From assembly GCA_963422645.2 (NCBI GenBank), contig CAXXVO010000017.1, forward strand, positions 32,001 to 96,000: a DNA stretch of 64,000 nt. Reading direction: 5' to 3'. Source of the DNA: Alphaproteobacteria bacterium. Lineage in GTDB: Bacteria > Pseudomonadota > Alphaproteobacteria > UBA828. Both the position numbers and the translations under genes were made by a program. Under the pieces are notes generated by a model. It was given only the letters and a program-made list of their open reading frames with translations, did no database searches and was not told the DNA's origin. This document shows positions 10,767-21,702 of the stretch, piece after piece. The first letter of the stretch is position 1, and each line of letters starts with the position of its first letter.

Positions 10767-12026
10767 GTGCGGAACCTCAAGGTGGATGGTGATCGCCTGT
10801 GGGCGAGCCTCATGGAGATGGCGAAGATCGGGGCGACGGAGAAGGGCGGCGTCTGCCGCCTCGCGCTCACCGACGTGGACAAGGCGGCGCGCGATCTCTT
10901 CGTGCAATGGTGCGAGGAAGCCGGCTGCACCGTCGGCATCGACAAGATGGGCAACATCTTTGCCCGGCGGGCGGGCAAGGACGACTCGCTCCCGCCGGTG
11001 ATGACCGGCAGCCATATCGACAGCCAGCCGACCGGCGGCAAGTACGACGGCATCTACGGCGTGCTCGCCGGCCTTGAGGTGATCCGCACCCTCAATGACC
11101 TCGGCTACGAGACCGACGCGCCCATCGAGGTTTCGGCCTGGACCAACGAGGAAGGCTCACGCTTCGCGCCGGCGATGGTCGCCTCCGGCGTTTTCGGCGG
11201 CGTCTTCACGCTGGAGGAAGGACTGGCCTGCGCGGACGTCGACGGCAAGACCATCGGCGAGGAGCTTGAGCGCATCGGCTACGCCGGCGAGATGGAGTGT
11301 GGCGGGCGCGAGGTCGGGGCCTTCTTCGAAGCCCATATCGAGCAGGGGCCGATCCTCGAAGCCGAAGAGAAGACCATCGGCATCGTGCAGGGCGTGCAGG
11401 GTATCAGCTGGTTCGACGTGACCGTGACCGGCATGGAATCCCACGCCGGCACCACGCCGATGGAGCGCCGCAAGGACGCGATGGTGGGCGCCGCCATACT
11501 GGTCGCGGCGATCGACCAGCTTGCCCTGGACAACGCGCCGGATGCCCGCTCCACGATTGGCGTGATGCGGGTGAGCCCCAACTCGCGCAACGTCATCCCC
11601 GGCTCGGTCTACTTCTCGGTGGACCTGCGCCATCCCGATGCCGAGACGCTTGCGGCGATGACCGCAGAGGCCCAACGCCAGGCAGAGGCGCTTGCCGCCG
11701 AGCGCAGGCTTGAGATCACGTTCGAGGAGATTTGGCACTCGCCGCCGGTGAAGTTCGCCGCCGATTGCGTCGGCGCTGTTGAGAACGCGGCCGAGACCCT
11801 AGGCTACGCGAGCCGGCCGATCACCTCCGGCGCAGGCCACGACGCGGTCTACGTGTCGCGCGTCGCCCCCACCGGCATGATTTTCATCCCCTGCGAGGAC
11901 GGGATCAGCCACAACGAGATCGAGGCCGCGACCCAGGCCGACATCGCTGCCGGCTGCGACGTGCTGCTCAACGCGATGGTCGCGCTCGCCACCCGCGACG
12001 AGGGCGAGGCGCGCGAGGGCGCGTGA
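10767..12026 (+). CDS. M20 Zn-dependent amidohydrolase (N-carbamoyl-amino acid/beta-ureidopropionase, PydC/HyuC-like)
   Basis: GSHIDSQPTGGKYDG, WTNEEGSRF, EAHIEQGP, HAGTTPM, SGAGHDA, SHNEIE. Confidence 0.9.
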   Translation: MRNLKVDGDRLWASLMEMAKIGATEKGGVCRLALTDVDKAARDLFVQWCEEAGCTVGIDKMGNIFARRAGKDDSLPPVMTGSHIDSQPTGGKYDGIYGVLAGLEVIRTLNDLGYETDAPIEVSAWTNEEGSRFAPAMVASGVFGGVFTLEEGLACADVDGKTIGEELERIGYAGEMECGGREVGAFFEAHIEQGPILEAEEKTIGIVQGVQGISWFDVTVTGMESHAGTTPMERRKDAMVGAAILVAAIDQLALDNAPDARSTIGVMRVSPNSRNVIPGSVYFSVDLRHPDAETLAAMTAEAQRQAEALAAERRLEITFEEIWHSPPVKFAADCVGAVENAAETLGYASRPITSGAGHDAVYVSRVAPTGMIFIPCEDGISHNEIEAATQADIAAGCDVLLNAMVALATRDEGEAREGA

Positions 12027-12029
12027 TCC

Positions 12030-13067
12030 CTATCCCGCGACTTCGCGGCGGACAATGGCGGCGCCTTCGACCATCGCTTTGAGTTTGCCGAAAGCGGTCT
12101 GCCGCGCGAGGTATTTCATGCCGCAGTCTGGTGCGGCGACGAGGCGGTCCGCCGGCACCACCGCGAGCGCCTCGCGCAACCTCGCCGCCACCGTCTCCGG
12201 CCGTTCGATTTCGGGATCGCTCATGTCGATCACGCCGTAGAGGATCTCCTTCGACGGCAGGTGGGCCAAGATCGCCGGGTCGAGCCCGGGCTGCGCCGCT
12301 TCGATGGAGACTTGGTCCGCCATCGTCGCCTCCAGCTCCGGCAGGAAGGAGTAGCCGCCTGGCTTCTCCGTCTTCATTACGGCGGCGTAGCCGAAGCAGA
12401 GGTGCAGCGCGGTTTTGCCGTCCACGCCCTCCAGCGCCCGGTTGATCGCCTTCACCGCGAAGGCGCGCGCAGCCTCGGGCCGGGCCTGCACGTAGGGCTC
12501 GTCGAGCTGAACGATGTCGGCGCCGGCGGCGAAGAGCTCCTTGATCTCCTCGTTGACCGCGTCGGCGTAGGCCAGGGCGAGGCTTTCGTCGTCGGGGTAG
12601 TAGGCGTTCTCCGCCTGCTGGGTCATGGTGAAGGGGCCGGGCAGCGTGATCTTGATCGTGCGCTCCGTGTTGGCTCGCAGGAATCGAACATCGTCCACTT
12701 CGATGGGGCGCTCGCGCCGGATCGGCCCTGAGACGAGGGGGACCGGCGCGGGGTTTCCGGTGCGGTCCAAGTGCGTGCCGATCCGCTCCCTGTCGATGCC
12801 GCCGAGTGCGGTGGCGACCCGGTTGGAATAGCTCTCGCGCCTGATCTCGCCGTCGCTGATAACGTCGACTCCGGCGCGTTCCTGATCCCGGATCGCGGCG
12901 AGCGTCGCCGCCTCCTGCGCCTCCTCCAGATGCTCGGGCGGGATACGCCAGATCTCGTGCGCGCGCACCCGTGGTGGCAACCTGTTCACCAGATTGTCCC
13001 GGTCGATCAGCCATTCCGGCTGCGGATAGCTGCCGACGACGGCGGTGGTCAGCACGTCTTGGCTCAT
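12030..13067 (-). CDS. cobalamin-independent methionine synthase catalytic-domain protein (MetE C-terminal type)
   Basis: VVGSYPQP, DGEIRRESY, QLDEP, HLCFG, PDCGMKYL Zn ligands. Confidence 0.88.
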   Translation of the reverse strand: MSQDVLTTAVVGSYPQPEWLIDRDNLVNRLPPRVRAHEIWRIPPEHLEEAQEAATLAAIRDQERAGVDVISDGEIRRESYSNRVATALGGIDRERIGTHLDRTGNPAPVPLVSGPIRRERPIEVDDVRFLRANTERTIKITLPGPFTMTQQAENAYYPDDESLALAYADAVNEEIKELFAAGADIVQLDEPYVQARPEAARAFAVKAINRALEGVDGKTALHLCFGYAAVMKTEKPGGYSFLPELEATMADQVSIEAAQPGLDPAILAHLPSKEILYGVIDMSDPEIERPETVAARLREALAVVPADRLVAAPDCGMKYLARQTAFGKLKAMVEGAAIVRREVAG

Positions 13068-13234
13068 GGGGTCCGTCCCGCTTGTTGTTCAAGAACCGGC
13101 CGCATCGGCGGCCGCGGCCCGCACACCCTACCGATTGGGCATAGTATTGCCACATTGATCAGCTACCCCGAAGCTCGGGAATCCCGCTAGTCTGGGGTGG
13201 CGCCTGTGAACGGCACAGCACGGAGTGAGGGGCG

Positions 13235-14065
13235 ATGAAACTCTGCCTGATCCAGATGAACAGCACGCCCGACCATGGGGAGAACGTGGCCCGCGCGGCC
13301 GGCTACATCGACCGAGCGGTCGCGGCCCAGAAACCCGATCTCGTGGTTGTGCCCGAGTTCTTCAACCACCCTTACGTCTTCCAGTATCGCGACTACGCGC
13401 ATATCGACGAGGCGGAGGGCGAGGATGGCATCGCCATCTCGACCATGCGCGCCAAGGCGCGCGAGCACGGCATCCACATCATCGCCACCATCTTCGAGGC
13501 CGAGTCCGCCGGCCTCTGCTACGACAGCGCCATCGTGATCGATCCCGCAGGCGAGATTCTCGGCCGCTACCGCAAGGCGCATCCGGCGGCGGTGCGCAGC
13601 CTGGAGAAGATCTACTTCCGCTACGGCTCGCACTTCCCAGTGTTCAAGGTCGGCGAGTGGCGGGTCGGGATCAACATTTGCTACGACACGTTCTTTCCCG
13701 AATCCGCGCGCTGCGCCGCAGTCAACGGGGCCGAGCTGATCGTGGTGCCCTTCGCGGCGCCGGCGGTCGCCTGCTGGCGTGAGATCATGCAGACCCGCGC
13801 CTTCGAGAACGGCGTCTACTTCGCACCCTGCAACAAGGTGGGTCTGGAAGGGGAGTGGACCTTCGGCGGTCGCAGCATGATCGTCGCCCCCGATTCCGAG
13901 GTGCTTGCCGAGGCGGGCGACGACGGGGACGAGACCATTACGGCGACCCTAGACCGCGCTCGCGTGATCGAGGCCCGGCGCGCCTGGCCCATGTTTCGGG
14001 ACCGCCGCCCAGACCTCTACACTGCGATCACGACACCGACGGAAGACATTCCGCGTATCGACTGA
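13235..14065 (+). CDS. carbon-nitrogen hydrolase family protein
   Basis: VVPEFF, RYRKAHP, INICYDTFFPE, FRDRRPDLY. Confidence 0.88.
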   Translation: MKLCLIQMNSTPDHGENVARAAGYIDRAVAAQKPDLVVVPEFFNHPYVFQYRDYAHIDEAEGEDGIAISTMRAKAREHGIHIIATIFEAESAGLCYDSAIVIDPAGEILGRYRKAHPAAVRSLEKIYFRYGSHFPVFKVGEWRVGINICYDTFFPESARCAAVNGAELIVVPFAAPAVACWREIMQTRAFENGVYFAPCNKVGLEGEWTFGGRSMIVAPDSEVLAEAGDDGDETITATLDRARVIEARRAWPMFRDRRPDLYTAITTPTEDIPRID

Positions 14066-14082
14066 TCGTCGTGGCCGTGAAG

Positions 14083-15615
14083 ATGGAGAGCGCAAGACGA
14101 ACCCTGGCGGGCGCCGGCCTCGCCTGCGCGCTGTCACTTGCCGGTGCGGTGCTCCCGGTTTCGGCCGCCCTTGCCGCGCTGGAGGAGGGCGCGCCCGTGC
14201 CCGCCGCGCGCGCGATCCCCGTCGCGCCGGTCGATCCCGACGGCACGGTTGGGCGAATCGTCCTCGGTGTCGCGGATTGGCTGGAGCAGCGCCTAGGCTT
14301 CGGTTCCGACAGTGTGCGCCTTGCGCTCGATGCGCCGCTATGGGCGGAGGAGCGGGATGGCACCGTCACCCTCCACCTCCCCGGCGCGCGCCTCGTGGAG
14401 CCCTCTACACCCCTCGTCCAGTGGGCACTCGGCGACTTGGCCATCGCGGTGACGCCGCGGGGGGAGACGGCCTACGACTTCGAGAGCGCCTTGCCGCCTG
14501 CGATCGACAAGGGTCAGGACCAGTTCTTCATCGACCAAGGCACGGTCTCCGGCACCTGGCGATCGGATCTGGAGATCACGACCAGGCTGGAAGCCAACGC
14601 CGCCAACATCCGATTCGTGGAAAGCAAGGGCTCTCAAGTGGTGGAGACGCTGTCGCTCGGAGCGCTTTCCTTCGCGGACGAGCTGGTCGAGGGCGACGAC
14701 GGGCTGTGGGACGGCCGCTCCACCCTCAAACTTTCTGACCTTGAGGCCGAGGGCTTCAGCCTGGGCCGGCTCGACGTCGCCGGCACCTTCGAGGATTTCG
14801 ACCGCAGTCTGATCCTGCGGATGCGCGGAGACTTCGGCTCGTTCGCAGGCGGCGCAAGCAACCCGACGGCGCTCGGCGACCTTCTGATGCCTCTCGTGGA
14901 GGGCCGCTGGGGGCGATCGGAGATGACGATCACCCTGCACGACTTGACGGCGACCGGCGACGATGCGGACCTGGGCGACGGCGAACTCTCGCTCGGGCGG
15001 TTGGAATGGCGCGTCGGTGCCGACGGTCGAAGGGACTTCACGGATCTCTCCACGTGGATTTCGGCCGCCGACGTAGTGCTCGGCGGGGACGCCGCCGATG
15101 AGATTCCACCCGCGCTCATGCCCCACACCGCGACCGTTGATATCGTCCTCAGCCGATTGCCATTACGGAGAATTGCTGACTCCCTCTCTGGTCTCGCGAA
15201 ACGGGGAGAGATGGGTGGGCCCGGCGAAGAGCCGATGATGGAGGTCATTCTGGACCATCTGGATGCGGCGGATTCGTCGTTCGAATTTCGGGAGATCCAT
15301 GTCGTCACGCCGTCGTGCGAGCTCCGCGCCGAGGGGCGGCTGCAGGTTGAGCCGGACAGCGTCTTCGGCATCATCGGGCGCATGGATGCCCGCGTTCGGG
15401 GGCTGAGCGCGCTCATGGCGCTGGCAGCGAAGGAGGGCGAAGAGGACATGGTGGCACTGCTCATCGTCCTCCAGGGCCTCGGCAGGCCGGTCTTCAACGA
15501 GGGCGCGGATGAGCCCTTCTACGCCTACGAGATCGACCTGCGCCGCGACGGTGCCGTCACCGTCAACGGCATCCCCTTCGACATGCTGCTCCAGGGTGTC
15601 CTCTCGGCCCAATGA
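14083..15615 (+). CDS. hypothetical exported protein (DUF2125/YdgA-like C-terminus possible)
   Basis: Long GC3-biased ORF, signal-peptide-like N-terminus, ends GAVTVNGIPF. Confidence 0.55.
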   Translation: MESARRTLAGAGLACALSLAGAVLPVSAALAALEEGAPVPAARAIPVAPVDPDGTVGRIVLGVADWLEQRLGFGSDSVRLALDAPLWAEERDGTVTLHLPGARLVEPSTPLVQWALGDLAIAVTPRGETAYDFESALPPAIDKGQDQFFIDQGTVSGTWRSDLEITTRLEANAANIRFVESKGSQVVETLSLGALSFADELVEGDDGLWDGRSTLKLSDLEAEGFSLGRLDVAGTFEDFDRSLILRMRGDFGSFAGGASNPTALGDLLMPLVEGRWGRSEMTITLHDLTATGDDADLGDGELSLGRLEWRVGADGRRDFTDLSTWISAADVVLGGDAADEIPPALMPHTATVDIVLSRLPLRRIADSLSGLAKRGEMGGPGEEPMMEVILDHLDAADSSFEFREIHVVTPSCELRAEGRLQVEPDSVFGIIGRMDARVRGLSALMALAAKEGEEDMVALLIVLQGLGRPVFNEGADEPFYAYEIDLRRDGAVTVNGIPFDMLLQGVLSAQ

Positions 15616-15768
15616 GAGGCCATCCCGGAGGGGATGATCCAGGCATGACCGCCTGGGCCTTGACCGTGATGAAAATTCCGGTCTGGCCGCCCACGGCGAT
15701 CCACGCCGCCTCTTGCCAGGGTGTGGCGGGGGCGGGATAGTTTTGCGGACCAGCCCAGAGGTTTAGGC

Positions 15769-16317
15769 ATGAGTGAGGAGTTCGATTGGGAGATACCGCT
15801 CTCGGCGCAGCCGAAGCCGGAGCAGGTGTCCTTCGACCTTGACGGCGCGCTTGGCGCTGTCGTCGGCCTGCGCGCGACCATCCCGGAGGACGCGTTCACC
15901 GCCGGGATCCTGGGGACAGAGAGGACCGGCAGCGGGATCCTGATCGGCGCGAGCGGCCTCGTGCTCACCATCGGCTATCTGATCGCCGAGGCGGAATCGG
16001 TCTGGCTGACGGCGAACGACGGCAGCGTGCTCGCGGGCCACGCGCTGGGCTATGACTTCGAATCGGGATTCGGTCTGGTGCAGGCGCTCGGCCGCTTCAA
16101 CATTGCTCCGCTCGAGCTCGGATCTTCGGCGGCCCTCGAGGTCGGCGACTTCGTGATCATGGCTGGCGAAGGCGGCCGGCGCCACTCGCTGAAGGCCCGT
16201 GTCACCGCCAAGCGCGAGTTCGCGGGCTATTGGGAATATGTGCTGGACGAGGCCGTCTTCACGTCTCCACCGCATCCCAACTGGGGCGGGAGCGGTCTGA
16301 TCGACCGCCACGGCCGG
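15769..16317 (+). pseudogene. S1C (trypsin-like/PDZ) serine protease, 3'-truncated just before IS21 copy 1
   Basis: LGTERTGSG, VLTIGYLI, EFAGYWEY, PPHPNWGGSGLID; the remainder is not found in the window. Confidence 0.82.
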
Positions 16318-16525
16318 TGTAGCTGTCAATCGGCTTTCAATACTGACCCCCGATCGGCGTGCAAAATTGACCCCCCTGAGTGGCACGGCGGAGGTTGTCC
16401 CGGTAGCCAATAGGGGGGACCCGCGCGGCTTCGTGTGGCGCCCTGCGCTACGCGGAGCGAAGCCGCGTGGGGGGTCCCTGTTGGCCCACCGGGGCAACCG
16501 GGCCGCAAGGGAGGCCGGCGGCGGG

Positions 16526-17254
16526 TCAGGAGCGGTTCTTGAAGCGCCAGCTCTCGTTGCCGGTCTCGATGATCTCGCAATGATGGGTGAGGCGATCGAG
16601 CAGCGCTGTGGTCATCTTGGGGTCGCCGAAGACGGATGGCCATTCGCCGAAGGCGAGGTTTGTGGTGATGACGATCGAGGTGCGCTCGTAGAGCCGGCTC
16701 ATCAGATGGAAGAGCAGCTGCCCACCGGCCTGGGCGAAGGGCAGGTAGCCGAGCTCGTCGAGGATGACGAAGTCGCGGCGGACGAGCTGGTCTGCAGTGC
16801 GGCCCTGGCGTCCGGCGCGAAGCTCGGCCTCGAGGAGGTTGACCAGGTCGACGACGTTGTAGCACCGGCCGCGCGCGCCCTTGCGGATGCAGGACCGCGC
16901 GATGGCGACGGCGAGATGGGTCTTGCCGGTACCGGTGCCGCCGACCAGCACGATGTTGCGTTTGCCCTCGAGGAAGCCGCCGCCGGCGAGCTCCTGGATC
17001 AGGGGCTCGTTGACCGGCGAGGCGGCGAAGTCGAAGTCGGCCAGCTCCTTGACCGTCGGCAGCTTGGCGGAGGCCATCTGGTACTTGATCGAGCGGGCCC
17101 TCTTGTCGGCGATCTCGACCTGCAGCAGCGTACCGATGATCTGTTGCACCGGATGGCGGCGCTTGAGCCCGTCGGCAAGGATGTCGTCGTAAGCGGCGCG
17201 CATACCTGCGAGCTTCAGCTGGGTCATCATCTCCAGCACATCATGACGCTCCAT
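16526..17254 (-). CDS. istB: IS21 helper ATPase
   Basis: [11 protein letters not shown] Walker [10 protein letters not shown] Walker B, LLDRLTHH. Confidence 0.95.
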   Translation of the reverse strand: MERHDVLEMMTQLKLAGMRAAYDDILADGLKRRHPVQQIIGTLLQVEIADKRARSIKYQMASAKLPTVKELADFDFAASPVNEPLIQELAGGGFLEGKRNIVLVGGTGTGKTHLAVAIARSCIRKGARGRCYNVVDLVNLLEAELRAGRQGRTADQLVRRDFVILDELGYLPFAQAGGQLLFHLMSRLYERTSIVITTNLAFGEWPSVFGDPKMTTALLDRLTHHCEIIETGNESWRFKNRS

Positions 17255-18767
17255 GACCGGCCTCCCTCAGGCTGTCGTAGCGCTGACAGTCGGCTACCGG
17301 CTTGTGGCGAAGCTGCAGGCCCTCGGGCGTCGGGATGATTGCCGGCGGTGCCGGCTGGCGCTGCCGGGCGAGGATGTTGAGCACCACGTCGGCGCTGCAG
17401 GCACCGCAGTCGAGCGTCTCGGCACAGGCCGCCTCAACCGCCTCCAGTCCGTCCTCCAGCACCGCCGCGAGCACCTTGACGAACTGCCGGTCGCCGTCGT
17501 CGTGGCCCGCGAGCCGGGTTCGCAGGCGGCCGAGCGCGTTGGGCAACTGCCAGTCCTTGAAGGGCGCGCCATTGCGTAGCGCGCCGGGCTTCCGCGTCAG
17601 GATCGGCACGTAATGCCACGGATCGTAGACGAACCGGCCGCGCCCGAAGCTGCGGGGGTGCTCGGCAACGGTCTCGCCGTCCTGGCGGATGACGATCCGA
17701 TCGGCATAGGCCCGCACGTCCACCGGCCGGCCGACGGCGCGGGCCGCGACGCTGTACTGGTTGTTGTCGAAGCGCACCAGACAGGTCTTCGAGACCGACA
17801 CCTCGCTGGCATGGAAGCCGTCGAAGGGGCCGCGATACGCCATCAGGAAGGGCTGCTCCTCCTCGAACACCTGCCACACCGTCTTGCCCGGGATTGTCGG
17901 ATGCGGATGCTTCTTGGCGTCCTCGATGCACCGATCCATCAGCCACTCGTTGATCTCGGCGTAGGAGCGGCCCCGCGGGATGGGCACGAACAGGCGGCCG
18001 CGAAGGTCACCCACCTGCTTCTCGACCTGCCCCTTCTCCCAGCCAGCCCCTGGCGTGCACGCCACAGGCTCCACCAGATGGTGCGAGCACAGCTCCTGGA
18101 AGCGGCGGTTGTAGTCCCGCTTCTTGCCCACGAAGATCGTGCTCACCGCCGTCTTCATGTTGTCGTAGATGCCCCGCCGGCAGACCCCGCCGAAGAAGCG
18201 GAAGGCACGCTCGTGCGCCTCGAAGACCATCTCCTGGCTCTCGCGGGGAAAGATCTGGACCAGATACATCCGGCTGTGGCACAGCCGCATGTGCGCCGCC
18301 TTCACCCTGGTCGTCGCGCCCGACAGACGCGCGTACTCGTGGCTCCAGTCGAACTGGTAGGCCTCGCCGGGATCGAAGATCAGCGGCACATAGGCCTGCG
18401 CCGGCGACAACAGCCGCCACCGGCGCCGCCAGGCCCTGGCATAGCGGCGAACCGCGTCATAGCCGCCCTTGTAGCCCAGCGACACAAGGTCTTCATGAAT
18501 CCGCAGAAGAGACAGCCGATCCTTGCGTGCCTTCTTCTCGTTGGCCTTCAGCTGGCGCTCAAGCTCCTCCACCCACAGCCCAAGCTTCGGCATCGGCTGG
18601 ATCTTGCGCTCGTAGCTGTGCGAGGTCGCATCGCCCCGCACCACCTTGCGTATCGTGTTCTTGGAAACCCTCAAATCCCGGGCGAGCTTCTTGATCGGAA
18701 CGCCCTTCACCAGATGATCCCGACGGATCTTCGCGATCGTTTCCACAACCAGCATCTCCCCCACCAC
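17241..18767 (-). CDS. istA: IS21 DDE transposase
   Basis: [25 protein letters not shown]; N-terminal HTH. Confidence 0.95.
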   Translation of the reverse strand: MVGEMLVVETIAKIRRDHLVKGVPIKKLARDLRVSKNTIRKVVRGDATSHSYERKIQPMPKLGLWVEELERQLKANEKKARKDRLSLLRIHEDLVSLGYKGGYDAVRRYARAWRRRWRLLSPAQAYVPLIFDPGEAYQFDWSHEYARLSGATTRVKAAHMRLCHSRMYLVQIFPRESQEMVFEAHERAFRFFGGVCRRGIYDNMKTAVSTIFVGKKRDYNRRFQELCSHHLVEPVACTPGAGWEKGQVEKQVGDLRGRLFVPIPRGRSYAEINEWLMDRCIEDAKKHPHPTIPGKTVWQVFEEEQPFLMAYRGPFDGFHASEVSVSKTCLVRFDNNQYSVAARAVGRPVDVRAYADRIVIRQDGETVAEHPRSFGRGRFVYDPWHYVPILTRKPGALRNGAPFKDWQLPNALGRLRTRLAGHDDGDRQFVKVLAAVLEDGLEAVEAACAETLDCGACSADVVLNILARQRQPAPPAIIPTPEGLQLRHKPVADCQRYDSLREAGHGAS

Positions 18768-18874
18768 CCCGTCCGTCCAAACGACGAGGTGTGTTCATGG
18801 ACACAAATCCAAGGGGGTCAATTTTGGACGCCGATCACCCCCAATAGGGGGTCACTTTTCCACGCTTAACAACA

Positions 18875-20622
18875 ATCGAGAGGCTCGAGCTCGTGGGTCG
18901 GCAGGGCGTCGAGATTGAACTCGTCACGCATGTACTTGAAGAAGTTCTCCTGCGACCAGCGCGAGAACATGGCGCCCGCAACCTCAGCCATCGGCTTGTG
19001 CGGATCGGTGGTGATCAGCGGCACCTGACGGCCGTTGTCGAGCAGGCGGCGGATCTGGCGCACCCTGAAGCCGTTCGGCAACGTCACCGGCTTCTCAGCC
19101 AGCCGCATGGTGGCGCTGCCGTCCGCCGCCGGTCCGTGAATGGGAACGGTCATCGCGCCGAAGTCCTCGGCCGGCCAGTCCTCGCCCCTGAAGTTCTTGT
19201 GCCAGGTCAGGCAGGCGACGCCGCGCCTCGCCAGCCGGCGGAACAGATCCGGGCTCCAGCCCTCGCGGTCGAAGACCAGGGTGAGCGCCGGCTGGCCGGG
19301 ATGCTCGGCGGTCAGGTCCGGCGCCCCGGCGCCAACGATCCCAAGCTCCTGCAGCGCCGGCACCACGTCGGCTTCGATGGCCGCGACCATCTTCGGGTCC
19401 AGCGGCTTGTGCAGACAGAGCAGCGGCTTGCCGCCCAGAGCGTTGATCCAGTAGCTGGCGCTCGCCGGCAGGCACAGCTTCTCGCGCGAGACGAAGTGCT
19501 TGGGCAAGCGCCCCTTGCGGCCGGAGTAGACCTTGACGTGCCCGTCGATGGCCAGCGTCGCCCAGAGCTCCGGCTCGTCGGCGCCTGCCAGCGCCTGGCA
19601 AGGGCGAGCTGCCACGCCCGCACGCCGGCCTCGTCGTCGGCGATGAGAGCGATCTTGCGGCGCAGCGTCTTGACCTCGGGGCAGCGATCGAGGCCGAGAA
19701 TGGCGCCCCATTCGCCCGGCGCCTGGTAGCGCAGGCTCTCGGGGTTGCGCACCCGCGCCAAGGTCATGAAGGCCAGGAAGAGCAGGATCGTAGGCAAGCC
19801 GTAATAGCCCTTCGGCAGCAATGGCAGGAGACCGGTCTCGGAGAGAAGACCTTCCTTCAGCAGGGCCGGCAGGGCGGCGAGCACGCCGCCGAAGCGGACA
19901 CCGCGGGCGGCGGCGGCGAACTGCGGTTCGACCGGCCCCGCCTGTCCACAACTGGCCAGAACCCGAGCCGGAACATCGCAAGTCGCACGCCCCATCGGCG
20001 CCTGCCGGTCCCGCCGATCGCGCGCGCTGCGATCCGTTTGCGGCTGCGCTTCCAGCCCCGGCGCCGTCTCCGGCCCCGGGGCACCGGTACTCTCTTCATC
20101 GACACGGCCTTCAGGAGCCGCACCCGCGTCAGGCGGCGCAGCCAGCGCTGAGCGTCCGGGCTCCCCATCCGCCTCCGTGTTGCCGATCAGTCCCTGACGG
20201 CGCCACTTGTTGACCGATGGCGCTGACACGCCGAGAACCCGGGCCGCCGCAGAGCCGCTCAGGCCCGATGCCAGCAACGCCGTCGCCTTCTCCGCCAACT
20301 CCGGAGTGAACACCGACGGCCCGCGACCGCGCCGGGGCTTCATGAACCCCGCTTCGCCCTCGGCCAGGTAGCGCCGTCGTGCGCGCTGCACCGTCGCGCG
20401 CGAGACAGCGAAAGCGTCAGCCAGTTCCTGCGGCGAGACCGCGCTGATCGCCGCGAGGCGGCCGATCCGCAAGAGCATGGCCGTGCGGTCATCGGCGGCG
20501 TGGCTGTCAAAGGGAATGAGGTTGGAAAAGTAGGTGAAGGTGTCGTCCGAGATCAGGACGGCGAAGCAGCTGTTGCCGATCGAGACCGCCTCTGGAGGGC
20601 ACATTGGGAGGGTACTGGGCAT
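18875..20622 (-). pseudogene. element X transposase, frameshifted and 3'-truncated
   Basis: ORFs 19312..20622 and 18866..19981 match the other copies up to ELEPLD, then run into IS21. Confidence 0.8.
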
Positions 20623-20973
20623 GGTTGAGACCGTGCAATTGGTATCAAATTATACTATCAGACCTCGGGCGCGACACCCAGCGAAAAACCGCCTGAAACA
20701 ACCGAAATGTATCAGAATTCAAGGAGTTCCCGGCACGCTGCCCAGAACAGCCAGCATCACGAGGTCAGGAATGTCAATCGGCTTTCAATACTGACCCCCG
20801 ATCGGCGTGCAAAATTGACCCCCCTGAGTGGCACGGCGGAGGTTGTCCCGGTAGCCAATAGGGGGGACCCGCGCGGCTTCGTGTGGCGCCCTGCGCTACG
20901 CGGAGCGAAGCCGCGTGGGGGGTCCCTGTTGGCCCACCGGGGCAACCGGGCCGCAAGGGAGGCCGGCGGCGGG

Positions 20974-21702
20974 TCAGGAGCGGTTCTTGAAGCGCCAGCT
21001 CTCGTTGCCGGTCTCGATGATCTCGCAATGATGGGTGAGGCGATCGAGCAGCGCTGTGGTCATCTTGGGGTCGCCGAAGACGGATGGCCATTCGCCGAAG
21101 GCGAGGTTTGTGGTGATGACGATCGAGGTGCGCTCGTAGAGCCGGCTCATCAGATGGAAGAGCAGCTGCCCACCGGCCTGGGCGAAGGGCAGGTAGCCGA
21201 GCTCGTCGAGGATGACGAAGTCGCGGCGGACGAGCTGGTCTGCAGTGCGGCCCTGGCGTCCGGCGCGAAGCTCGGCCTCGAGGAGGTTGACCAGGTCGAC
21301 GACGTTGTAGCACCGGCCGCGCGCGCCCTTGCGGATGCAGGACCGCGCGATGGCGACGGCGAGATGGGTCTTGCCGGTACCGGTGCCGCCGACCAGCACG
21401 ATGTTGCGTTTGCCCTCGAGGAAGCCGCCGCCGGCGAGCTCCTGGATCAGGGGCTCGTTGACCGGCGAGGCGGCGAAGTCGAAGTCGGCCAGCTCCTTGA
21501 CCGTCGGCAGCTTGGCGGAGGCCATCTGGTACTTGATCGAGCGGGCCCTCTTGTCGGCGATCTCGACCTGCAGCAGCGTACCGATGATCTGTTGCACCGG
21601 ATGGCGGCGCTTGAGCCCGTCGGCAAGGATGTCGTCGTAAGCGGCGCGCATACCTGCGAGCTTCAGCTGGGTCATCATCTCCAGCACATCATGACGCTCC
21701 AT
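20974..21702 (-). CDS. istB: IS21 helper ATPase
   Basis: Protein identical to copy 1. Confidence 0.95.
   Translation of the reverse strand: MERHDVLEMMTQLKLAGMRAAYDDILADGLKRRHPVQQIIGTLLQVEIADKRARSIKYQMASAKLPTVKELADFDFAASPVNEPLIQELAGGGFLEGKRNIVLVGGTGTGKTHLAVAIARSCIRKGARGRCYNVVDLVNLLEAELRAGRQGRTADQLVRRDFVILDELGYLPFAQAGGQLLFHLMSRLYERTSIVITTNLAFGEWPSVFGDPKMTTALLDRLTHHCEIIETGNESWRFKNRS

Larger units (their letters stand above)
16324..18874 (-). mobile_element. IS21-family element, copy 1 (2551 bp), no target duplication
   Basis: Ends TGTCAATCGG... and ...CTTAACAACA with internal TGACCCC repeats; istA/istB; same sequence at 20772 and 49867. Confidence 0.95.
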
